DNA of 64,000 nt from Eutreptiella sp. 'Long Island Sound 2002' (lineage: Eukaryota; Protista; Euglenida), in assembly GCA_964036045.1 (NCBI GenBank), contig OZ038378.1, forward strand, positions 175,584,001 through 175,648,000. Reading direction: 5' to 3'. Within the stretch, counting starts at the first letter, position 1; each line of letters opens with the position of its first letter. Made by a program: the position numbers and the translations under genes. Below, piece by piece: positions 36,919 through 48,800 of this stretch. Under the pieces are notes generated by a model. It was given only the letters and a program-made list of their open reading frames with translations, did no database searches and was not told the origin of the DNA.

Positions 36919-37179
36919 CGGGGGGGGGGGGGGCATTGTTGAAACATTAACATTGGGTTCGCTATCATACACCACTTCTACAGCTCTGTTCGCACTGCAG
37001 CAATGTTCACTGTACACTCCCATTGTGCCCTTTCCTCCCTCTCAACACGACAGCCAGGCTACGCACAGGTCATGCACCTCTACCGCGCCCCGTATCCCCT
37101 CATATGCATGCTCCAACCCTTGTGTAAGAGCCTCCATAGGCACATGGAGATGGAATGACCCACGCGATGCCCGACGTGT

Positions 37180-37219
<40 letters not shown>

Positions 37220-40200
37220 TGTACTATTAACGAGGGTTGATGGCTATTAATGTCCTGGCCGCTCTTGCGACGGGAGGGTTAGGGTTAGTGTACTATTAAC
37301 GAGGGCAAGGGCCGATTAAAGTCCTGGACGCTGTGCGACGGGTTAGGCGAGGGTTAAGGTTTAGGGGCTGGCTGCGAACGAGGGAGACCCATATGTGGCT
37401 GTAAGCTGGATGTACACCAGTAACCCGGCACGTGGGCGGGGCTGGCTGCTGTGCACACTTCCTACTCTTCCACACAGTCAAAACCTCTGTGTGCGGGCTT
37501 TGTTTATGTTATTTTCTGTGTTGCCCTTCCATGCTCCTGTCCAAACAGGGGGCGAGCCACGTCCATCCCGTCGTCTTCTGACTTTCCCTGCGGCAGGGCG
37601 GCCGTAGGCGATGGGGGGGGGGGGGGTCTTGGGTCTCCGTCGCTTGGGAACTGGCGGTGTGAGTGGGATGTGTGATGAGCGCACCAGAGGGTAATGTGAG
37701 GGGCCTGGGGAGCGCAGGCATTGGCGTTTGCGTGGGCCTTCGGGTGGTGCTGCTGGCCTGATGCGTGTTCGTGCTGGGTTGCACACTTTGTGGTGCCCAC
37801 GGGCACAGCAATGCCGTACGCCTCTCTGCATGAGTGTGCGGCGAGGGCAGGGCGGCAATCCATGAAGGGCGCATGTTTTCGAAAGCGGGCGCCGGTCTAT
37901 GTGCCCCGGGTTGTGGTGTCCTTTGCTGCAGCATAGTGCTGCCGGGATTCTCAGCCTCTTGCACGTAGAACATGCTGGCAAACAGTGTGCTGGGCATAGT
38001 GAGTGTACTTGCGGCGCGCGTGTGACTGGTACTTGTGCGCTGTTCACCGCCCTACGGCGAACGGTGACTGAATATGGCGCTTGTGGGACACGGCCGGACC
38101 CGATGACCGGAAACAGTTCGCTTGCAAACGTGGTGGACCCCCCCCTTTTGGCGCATAGGGATGCGGACGGCATCACGCTCGTGTTCAGGCTGCCTGCCAG
38201 AGCACGCTGCAGGCGTGCCTCTTCCGCTTCTTCGGCTGTACGTCGCACACGATAGACATACGGGCGTTGTGTGTGTGTTTGTGCATGCGTGCGCAGTGTC
38301 CATGTGGAAAAGTGACAGTGCATGGCTCGTCGATCCACTGCAAGGCTCTCAGCCAGCGCATTAGAATCCGTGATGAAGCTCACCTCCCAGGGCCACGTGC
38401 GTGTGGTGGGATTGTGCAGCGAGACAATCGGTGTCGCGGGGGGGCGGGGTAGAGGTCCCACCAGCTGCTGGCATTGGTATGCCCTGGTTGAGTCTCGTAC
38501 TTTCGGAAAGAGCTTTGGTGCGTTCTGATCATGTATTTTTGGTGCTGCTAGCACAGAAACAAACATGGTGTGCAGTGCCAGAATAAATGGCAGATCATGC
38601 TGCTCCACTTGCCTATTGATGGGGGCTGGGAGGTACAGGGTTAAGCCGCTGATTTTGAGGAAGGGGGGCCACGCCGAGGAGGGGGGGGGCTCTGGAATTT
38701 TGGCTGCGAGTGCATGTGTGACTCAGCCCAGGCCGTGCAATGCCATAGCATGTGCTCTTCAGTTTCATATGTGGCCTTGCAATAGGGGCAGAGTGGTGAC
38801 GTAATGAGTCCCCGTTGGTACGCTCGGACTGCTGTCCAGAGCGCCCCTACCAGGAGTGTGCGTAGGAGTGTGCGCTCTAGCTCCGATGTGAAGGAAGCAA
38901 TGCTGGCATTGATGAGCCGCCTATGTGATAGTGCATGCCAGCGAACTGTCTGGGTCTGTGTGCAATGAGTGCTGTGATCAGTTGGGAGCGCAGTTGTTCT
39001 CGTATGTTGTGTTTGACGAGTTTGTAGTCCCCGGTGAGGTGTAGTGTGTCCGTGGAGCCTGGAACAGCCCACTCCCACCAGCCTGCCTGCAGCTTCCATC
39101 CCCAGCCGTGCAGCGTGTGCAGTGCCCACCCAAAGGACCCCGACCGTCTGGCGTCTGGCTTGCGCTCCCAAATGCACTGTGTTGTGATGAGGGAGGGGCC
39201 CCGTGTTTTGCATAGCCTCGCAAGCTAGGTGGCCCTGCTGTAGGGGATCAGTAGGGAGGGTGAGATCCTGTGGCCCGCACACAGGATGCCGAAGACAATT
39301 TCTTTTGCCCTGCCTTGTCTGGAGCTTCCCCAAATTATGCGCATGATTTTGGTTTCGAAAGGCCGGACACTTTTCAGGTCGATGGGAACTATCTCCGATG
39401 CATGCAATCCTGTTGCATTGACCATGGTCGAAACGACCTTGCACCGGTCCTCAAAATTTCCTTGGGTGCCATGTACTCACTCGAGAAGCGTGGAGGCCTT
39501 GCTCATTCGTTTTAGAATCAGCGGTCTTGAGAAGACTTCGCTGGTGGTCCGGACCCCGGCTCCCAATGAGCGGAACTCCGTTTCTTTAGGGAAGGTGGTG
39601 CCTCTCATTTGGACTGTCTATGGGCTGTCGGGAATGATGAAGCTTACCGATTTTTTGGGGTTTATGTCCTGTCCTATCACTTGTAGCCACTTGTGCGTGC
39701 ATTCTAGGAGGGGCTGGACAGAGTGCTGCCCCGATGCCATTCCGTATGTATCATCTGCATACCCCAGAGCTATGATGATGAATAGCAGTGCTTCGCCCCC
39801 CCCCTCCCTCCCGGGGGGGAGGACTGTGGCTGAGATCTCCGTAGCCTGCTTTTGCGCATCCGGCACCTTCTTCCAGATGCTGGTGAGAAGGCTTATAAGG
39901 ATGACGCTGAGCGGGCAGCCTTGTAAAATTCCATTTGTTGCCGCGAAAAAGGAGCACAGGCACTCCATTATTTTAAAGCATCTCGTGAGCTATGCATACA
40001 TGCCAGACAGTGCCCGATGGGTTCTCTCATGCATGCCCTGCAGGATGGCTACTCTGAGCACCACCTGTTGGGGTATCAAATCAAAACACTTGACGTAGTC
40101 AAGTCCGAAGCCTGTAAGGCATTCTTGGATGATGTTGTGCAGCTCAATTAGTAGAGCGATGAGCGCCGCGGCGTCTGTTGCCCCGCGTTTCTTCCGGAAG

Positions 40201-42791
40201 CCAAAAGCATGTGGGTGCGCCCATGATTCCTGCCATACCATGCATTCTCAAGTCTTATCCCTGCCCATACTCTATACACTTGCGACAAAACTCAGAGTGG
40301 TCTTTGCTGCATGGGCAGCATGCCCTCACCCTTGGGAATCAAGGAGAGATCGCCCCTGGCCCGAATGCGTGTGTGTGGAGGGGGGGGGGGGAGAACAATA
40401 TTAAAGAGGGAGACCCGCATGGGTACAGGGCCCCCGTGGTCGCCTGTGGCACCACCAAAGTCAGTGCAGCGTACAGTGCGTGCGCCACCTTGACCGGCGC
40501 CCGCCGGGGTCGCAGCTAGGGGCCTCGCCTGGGCCACAACCTCCGGTGGGGTGGGGTTATGTGACCTCCGTCTCGGCGCGTCCATGCCTGGCCACGCCAT
40601 GCCGCGCCACTCGCGCCAGCTTCGCGGGGGGGGGGGGTCAGGGTGCCCCCCGTCCTCTCTTGAAGGCCTGGCCTCCTCTCACCGACGCCTGCTGGCGCCG
40701 CTTGGGCCGCTTAACTGAGGGGGTCCCCCCCACCTAGGGTGCGCAGCCCCACCGCCCTCGCTCTGCCCGGCGCCCCGGGCGGTATCGGTAGGGGGGGGTG
40801 CCCCGTATGTCGCCTAGCGCAGCAGTGCCGCACCCCCCTACCCACGGCCACGCACGTTGAGCATTGTCTGTGATTGTGTGCAGCGCAAAGCCACGGCCGC
40901 GGAAGTTGCGGTCAAGTTTCCGGGCGCCTAGCCACGGCGCACCGCTGTGGTGGTGTGAAAAGCACGGCCCCTCCCCCTGGCGCTGGCGTCGTCGCTTCTC
41001 CGCTGGGCTCCTCCACTCTGTACTGTACGCCTCTGCCTGCCCCTTCCGGTAGAACCGGTTCTGCGTAGAAGTCGCTAGCGGACGCCCTGACTGCTTTCTT
41101 CGCCGCTCCTTTGCCTGGGCATCGTTCCCGCGGCCGCGTGTTGTCGTTCTGCCCGTTGGCCAATTGTCCCTGGGCGCGCCTCCGTTTCTGGCGCTGCTTT
41201 GCCACTCGTGACTGCTGCTGCTGTGTCCGCCGCTCGGCATTGTATTTCTGCAGGCGCTTCAGATGATGCCATACCGCCATAGGCCTCGTGAAAAGGCGAC
41301 GTCCTTTCACTCCTACCACTGGACCTACCCCCAGCGGCACCAAAGAGCGGCGGTGGTTGGTGATCCGGGCTGGCAGGATGGATTCCCACCCTGCCGCCTT
41401 GCCCATTAGGGTTACCGCCAGGCGCATCACTCTGCCCTTTTCCTTCGGCGACAGCTCCGTGCCCGTAAATGTGGACTGCGGGGTGGGCGGCAGGGGCCTG
41501 CCCGCGTGCGTCTCGAAGTCCAGGGCCAATTCCATAAATGAGACATGCCCGTGTCCCTGCGGCAGAGTGTCATCCGCGGGGAGCCATTCTAGGTCTTGTA
41601 GCCACGCGACCATAGCCGTCAGGAAATCGGTACTCCACTTCCAGTCTCTGGACAGCGCCCCCACGGCCGGGAGGGAGGTTCTTTGAGCCCTGGGTGTGGG
41701 GGGCTGCAGCTGGTACCAGGGATACTCCTCCCATGGCACCTTGCGCGCCTGAATCGGAAAGAGGAGGCTCTGTTCTTCCCCCCGCTGCATTTGGGCCTTC
41801 AACACCGTTCTGAACATGCCGTGGAGCTTGTGGACGAACTGCTCCAGCGGGTTGTTGCCTTCCTCCGCCCACTGCTGTCCCGCCAGGGCAAGCTCATCCC
41901 TCTGTCGCCCCGACTCCAAGTCCTCGTCCTCCGAGTCCGGTATTTGGTGCCGTGATATTCTATTCAGCTCCCTCCACCTCTTCTTCCACCCTGGGCCCTG
42001 CGCCAGTCCACTGCGGGCGACCACGGATTCCGGCAGTAGCCCACACAACTGCAGACACGGCGGCCATTCGGATAGCGGCCCTAGTTTGAGGGCCCGTGCC
42101 AAAAGCATGATTTCCGGCAGGGGGGGGGTCCCGCATTGTCTTCCACGCGGTGCACCTCCACAGTAGGTGATCCTCATCTTCCCGCACTTCTTGGGGGCAG
42201 TACGGGCAGTCGCCGTCCGGGCGGAGCCCTCATCGATGGGCTCTATCGGCCGTCCAGATGGCCCCTGCCATCACTCCTCTGAGCAAGGACTTGTCCAATT
42301 CCGTGTCGCAGGCGGCAATGTCGCTCAATGTAAGCGTCCTATCCAGTCGGGCTCCCATGCCCCCGAAGGTGCGCGGCCGCCGTTTCTCCAACGCCATCAG
42401 TTGGTTCTCTCGGAGGGCCTCGCGAAAGAGGTGCTCCACATATTCTTTGGGCGCGTGTACCAGGTGCACCACCGTTGCGTTGTGTGGCACTGACCACTGC
42501 CACCACCCCCGCATGTTGTGCCATCCCAGCCGCTTGAACTCCTGCAGTGCTCGCCCGAGCGGGCTTGTTAGCTTCGGGGATTGAGTGCCCTCCCATATGG
42601 CCTGGGCCACCATCTGCGCTGTTCCCAGATTGCGTGCCGGGTGGGCCAACCAGCACATCCTCTTGTAGGGTATCACCATCGACGGTGCGACCTTGTGCCC
42701 TGGCAATAGTAGGGTGAATACAATTTCTTTCGCCCTGCAGGGCCTGCTCGGTCCCCAGATGGCTCCCATGATGGCCGACTGTGTGTGATGA

Positions 42792-42826
<35 letters not shown>

Positions 42827-45800
42827 CTGTACTTTGATGAGGTAGATCCTAGTGCAGCATTGGGTTGGACGCCCCCTTCAGCTCAGGTCTGCTGAGGCCT
42901 CTGTGTGACGTTGTTTCCCCCCCTTCTGCGGAATCAGAACCTCTGTGTTTTGTTGGTTAAGTGACCGAAGTACTGGCTCTCCCATGCCTCGACAAAAAGA
43001 GTGGTCGGGCTACTGCATCCTCGGCTTCGTCACCTTCTAGTCCCTGTGGAACAGGTGCTGGGGGGGATGGGGGCGGCGGTGTTTTCGGCCTTCTGCGCTT
43101 GGGCGCCGGAGGCGTGGGCGGTTGGTGTGGGGACCTCAGCAGACCTGATGAGTGCCGTGCTGGCCTTTGCAGGCAAGGTTTTTTGTAGGGCAACAAAGAT
43201 TGCATAGGGAGGGTACGTTTCCGGTGTGCCGGGACCGGGGTGCATACCTTGTGGTGCCCCCGGTCACAACAATGGCGCACCCCTCTCTGCTTGAGGGTAC
43301 ATCTCGGGCAGGGGGGTAAGTTATGCAAGGGGCATAGTTGCAACTGTGGCCTACGAGCCACGTGGTTTGCTGCGTGATGCCCGAGTTTGCGGCACTCTTC
43401 TGCCGATTTGCGCAGTCTCTTGCAGGTCATACATGCCAGCGCTGTGTGTGCCACGCATTTGGAATGGTCGACTCGCGGCGCCAAGTGTGGCGTGGTGTGT
43501 GTTGACACGTGTCTGCGCGTGCCTGTGTAGGGGCGTTGTGGCAAGCGCCCATCTCCAATGACTGGGAAGAAATCGGCCCCAAAAGACCAGTTCGATCCCC
43601 CCCCCTTGGCTGGCATTATCTGCTCTGATGGAGGTGCTAGTCCTGTCTGCAGATTGCCATGGAGAGCCCGGTGCAGCCTGTGTGATTCCAATTCTGCGGC
43701 TGACCTGCGCGGGCGATATGCGTATGGCCGTGGCGCATGCACTCTGTGCGCACCCACTTTGGAGGACCATAATTGTTCGCAGTAATCTGCCAACTTTTGG
43801 ATGTGGAAAAGCATTGCACCTCTGCCTGCGAAGTAAGGGCGGCAATTGAGTCCGCATAGCGCTGGTCCTCCCAGAGGGACCAACGAACTGCATCGCGTGA
43901 CGATGCGTGCTGGGTGCAGTTGGCCTTTGGTGACAAGTCGCTGCACACTGTTCATGGCCAGCCTCAGCACCCTGCCCCTTTCCTGCAGTGAAAGTGTCGT
44001 TCCCTTGAATTTGGCTTGTGGTGCATGTGGCAGGGTACGCTCGGCAAATTCTTCGAAGTCCAGAGCTAACTCTAGGAAGGTCACTGAACCCGGTTCTTGT
44101 GTCCAGGTCAGAGCCCTCAACCAACGCAGAAGATCGGCTAGGAAAGGCATTTCCCACGGCCACTCATGCTTTTTGGGGGTGCGAAGCAGTAGTGCGTCTT
44201 TTTCCCCACTATATGGTAGTGGCCCCACCAACTGTTGGTATGGGTACTGTCGTAACTGCTGTGACCGGGCGGTTCCTGTAAAAACGGCTGGGGCCTGCGC
44301 GTCGCGCACTTTCCGAGCTTGCAAGACAGCTACGAACATGGTATGCAAAGTGTTCAAGAAGGTGTAGGCCCTCCCTGATTTGATGCAGTCATCTGGGATT
44401 TCAGGTGCCAGCCCACAACATCTGAGGCATGGAGGCCATTGATCTAGGGGGGGAAGGCTCGGTATGTGTGCGGCCGCATCGAGGACGTCAGGCAGGTGAA
44501 TGGTGCGTGCAGTGTGCCATGCAGCGCAGTGCCACAATATGTGTTCCTCGTCCTCTGGTACATTGCCACAGAAAGGGCATGTGGAGGCCACGCGCATACC
44601 CCTCTGGTATGCCCTGAGTGCCGTCTAGGTGGCTCCAGAGAGGATGCCCCGGAGGATGGACCGCTGAAGTTCCGTGTCAAAAGCAGCCACACTGGGCTGT
44701 ACCAGCTGCCTGCATGTGGCGTAATGGACCCCAGCAAAAAGTCGGGGTCGCCGCTGCACTAACGCATCCAGCATTTGGGAACGCAGCTGTTCACGCACTT
44801 CGTGCTTCACCGTGTTTTTGTCCCCGTAGAGTAGCAGGGGGTCGCTTTTCCCTGGTACCTTCCAACTCCACCACCCCTGCACTGACACCCACCCACATTC
44901 GTGTGCGGTGTGAATTGCACGGCCGAAAGGCCCGGACCCCTTGTGGCACTGATCCGTTTCCCAAATCGCCTGGCCGGTGATCTGGTTTGCACCCCTGGTG
45001 CGGCATAGATGTGCCAGCCATAATATGCGGTGGTATTTGAGCACCAGGGTTGGTGCAATTCTGTGTCCCTTGCAGAGCAAGGTGAAGAAAACTTCCTTGG
45101 CCCTGCCGGGCCGTGATGGCCCCCAGATTGTCCTCATGACTTTTGATTCAAATGGCAGCAAATCCCTAGGTCGCAGGGGTACTATCTCCGCTGCATGCAA
45201 GCCTGTGGCGGTGATCATTGTCGAAATGACATCGCACCGCCGTTCAAAGTTCCCTTGTGCCCCGTGTACCCTGCCGAGTAAACTGCATGCCCTAGCGACG
45301 CGTTTGAGGATTAACGGGCCCGAGCAAGTGGCGTCAGTGGTGCGGACGCCCGCTCCCAAAGATTTAAACTCCATGGAGATGGGGAAGGGGACTCCTTGCA
45401 ACGCAGCCTGCACTGGATGTTGCTTGTCAGACGAGAAGCCGACTGATTTCTTCGCATTTACCCCTTGACCTGTGTCCTGCAACCAGGTGGACGTGCAGTC
45501 CAACAGCGGCGTGAGTGTGTTGGATCCTGCTGCAAAACCATACGTGTCATCTGCATACCCTAGGGCCGTCAGTACGTAATGCATCACCTGCACTGGCTGA
45601 TCGCTGGGGGGGAGTCTCTGCACTGAAACCGTGATGCCTTGTTGCTGGGCATCTAACACACGTTTCCAAACACTCGTCATGAGGTTTATGAGGATAACAC
45701 TTAATGGACAACCTTGAAGTATGCCATTTGTGGTTGCGAAAAAACTGGCGCAACATCCCATGATTTTAAAACAGTGTGTGATACATGCCACTGAGGGCTC

Positions 45801-48800
45801 TGTGTGTTCCTGGGTCCATGCCCTGCGTGAGGGCAATGTACAGAACAATGGACTGCGGTATTAAATCAAAGCACTTCACATAATCCAACCCGAAACCGTG
45901 CAAGACTTTCTTTATGAGTTTGTGCAGCTCAAGAAGCATCGAGATATGAGAGGCTGCATCTGTGGCTCCCCTCTTTTTCCTGAAGCCATACGCATGAGGG
46001 TGGATCCAGTGTTCCTGCCACTGCATGCATTCCTCCAAACGTATACCGGCCCAGACTCTGTAAATTTGAGACAAGACTGACAGGGGCCTCTGCTGCATGG
46101 GCAGCATGCCCTCCCCCTTTGGAATGAGGGAGACATATCCCCTCGCCAAGATGATTGGCCAGCAGCCAGTTTGCTCTATGAGGTGCAATAACTGAGACAG
46201 CATGTCCAACAGACGGACAGGCAACAGCAGCAGATCAGCCACACACCACCCATCCAGCCCGGTGGCCGTATGTACCCCCATTTTTCTCACGCGTTTTGCG
46301 AGGCGGGCTCCTGTGATGGGATTTGCCTGCATGCGCGCTCCTTTTTCCAAAAACCGGTCATACTTTTGCGTGTGTGTGTGTGTGTATTTCCGTGTGTGAC
46401 ACCCATGGCATGTTCAGAACGTGCCACAGCTGCGAGCTTCAACCCTACCCTCCTACACATTCCTCTCCACTCTCCCACTCTCTTACGCGCGCACACACAC
46501 CAGCACGTATGGGAGTGTGTGCCCGCGCACGTATCTCTGTGTGTGGCTGTGAGTGTGGTTTGAGCCCCATGCGCATCCACACCTTCACCAACACTCACAC
46601 CCACACTCGCACCCACAAGTTGGTGTGGGTGTGGGTGTGGGTGTGGGTGTGGGTGTGAGCCGAACATATGGTGCCTCACAGTGATTAGTGCATAGGGCTG
46701 ATTATTCTGAGCTATCTGTTGTGGGGGGCGCTTCATAAAGGCTGATTGGTTCCCATGTGATGTCGTAGCATGTGATATCCAGCGCGCTGTCCAGCACCAT
46801 GTCTTTTGTGTGACTTCTTTGTTTCAGATCAGTTGGGCGTGGGTGTGGGTGTGGGTGTGGGTGTGGGTGTGCCCGGTTGCAGGTGTGAGCGTGCACCTGC
46901 GCCCAAGAGCTCAGGTGAGCTCCAATATCACACAACAGTGGGAGCCACATCTGCATTGATGAGCCACAGGGGCACACCGACACCAATCATCAAACTTCCG
47001 GAAGGCCGGGGCATTCAAATTGCACTGCACTGCATGGTACTCCTTCTTGGCCTGCTCCAGGCACTTGGTGCTGCAGAACCGCGCTGAGCACCCTTTGCAT
47101 CTCACGGGCTTGCGGCTGGCGGCCAATCCGGGCCAATCTCTGCGACCACGAAAATAGCACATGCCCCTTTTCAGCCCCGGTGGCAGTGGGTGCAAGCGCG
47201 GTGTTGATCAAGAGGCAGGAAGAGCGGGACTGCGTTATGCCTCAATCACTCAAGAAAGCGCCGGACCGGCAACACCATTGTTCTATCGCCAGCTGCTGCC
47301 AGCTAACAACCGCAACACAATAGTCCTGGCTGACCACGGACCGCCGCCAGTTAAGCAGTTGCCATCGCCAACAAGTGACCGCGAACAATACCCACCGGCC
47401 CTCATCTGCCAACCCGCCAGACCTCAATAAGCTTTTCAAACAAGAGGGGGAACCACTCGGTCTTTGAAGACCGCCAGAAGGATTCCAGGAAAGGTGCAAC
47501 CCTCCACTGGCACATCACTACAAAAGTCACATTGTTCAAAAAGAGGGCGAAACACGATCCAAAGATGATGCAATGTGGAACAGGGATCTGTGTACTGGCG
47601 GGGGTGGTAAGTGACCAGGAGGCGCAGGCCCGTAGAGACGAGAGAGACAGAGAGAGAGAGCTTTGGGGAGAAACGCCCAAGGGAGACGGATGCACACTTG
47701 ATGAGCCCTTGCATGGCTGTGGGCAGACGCAAGTCCTCAAACATGACCAGTGACTTCATGCAGTGGTGGCAGGCGGGCACAGACTCCTGGGCAAGGTTGA
47801 AGTTGGTGCGGTATTGGAACGGGGAGGAAAATGCTCAACCGACGTGACATCAAACAACCCATTCCTTCCTCCGCACTTCCCATCTCCCCACAATTTCATA
47901 CCACCCGTCCCTTGCCCTTCATACTACTGCCCATCTCGCCCCTCCACCCTTCCAAATCTCTCCCCTCCCATACCGAAGTGAATGATGACGACGACAACGA
48001 CAATGACGCTGATGCTAAGGATGAGGAGAATGAGGATGAAGATGACCCCGATGAGCTTGGGGATGCCACTTGAGCATGCCCCTCGAATTGAGCATCCCCC
48101 TCCCATACTGCCCATTATCCATGAGAGCCATTGTTGAGGCGCCCCTAGTTTGGCTGCCTTGGATGGGCGTAGCCCGGGGCAGTAGACTCTAGTGCTTGTG
48201 GCCCCCCGCGCCTTCCCCTACCCTTTTGTGGCATAGCAGATGCCCTCTCTGCACACTCCTCCCTTCTCGCCCCCTATGCAGTCCATTGATGTCGTGGGAC
48301 GGCTGATGGGAGCAGTCCAGCCTGCCGAAGCCGCGTATCAGTGACTAGAGTGACAGGGCGAATGTGTATGCCTCCATCCATCCCTCTTCAGGGTCTGATT
48401 GACCTTGATGACATGTTGTGTGACATGGCAGTTGATCTATTTCACTAGACATGTCTTGTGGCTGCTCTGCACTACAGTGCAAGCGCCGTTCCTGAGGTCC
48501 AGCCCCCCCCCCCCCCCCCAGGATCTTGCTTGCTTACGTACTTACTTAGTCTTGATGGCATCCCCAACCCCCCATCCATCCCTCCCCCTCCATACTGCCC
48601 ATACCCAATTCCACTGCACATCCAAACTTGTTGGCCAAGAATGCCCCACCCCAATCAAGACCAAACCTTGTGACCGAGCTCTTAGTGAAAGGACAGTACA
48701 TTACGTGCACCATGCACCACGCACCCTTTACAGGACTCACTATGCACTCTGCAAACTGCACCCCCCACGCATTGAACGTTGTACACACAATCTACTACAC

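Noticed and set aside
37276-37288. GGGTTAGGGTTAG telomere-like motif in the 3' UTR of retro copy C
   Set aside because: Only two units, within a duplicated 69-bp UTR block; too short to indicate telomere association.
42957-44597. Restriction-like endonuclease after the CCHC finger (R2/CRE type), which would explain site specificity
   Set aside because: No RH(N/D) after the finger and no convincing PD-(D/E)xK motif. The endonuclease is probably in the truncated 5' part.
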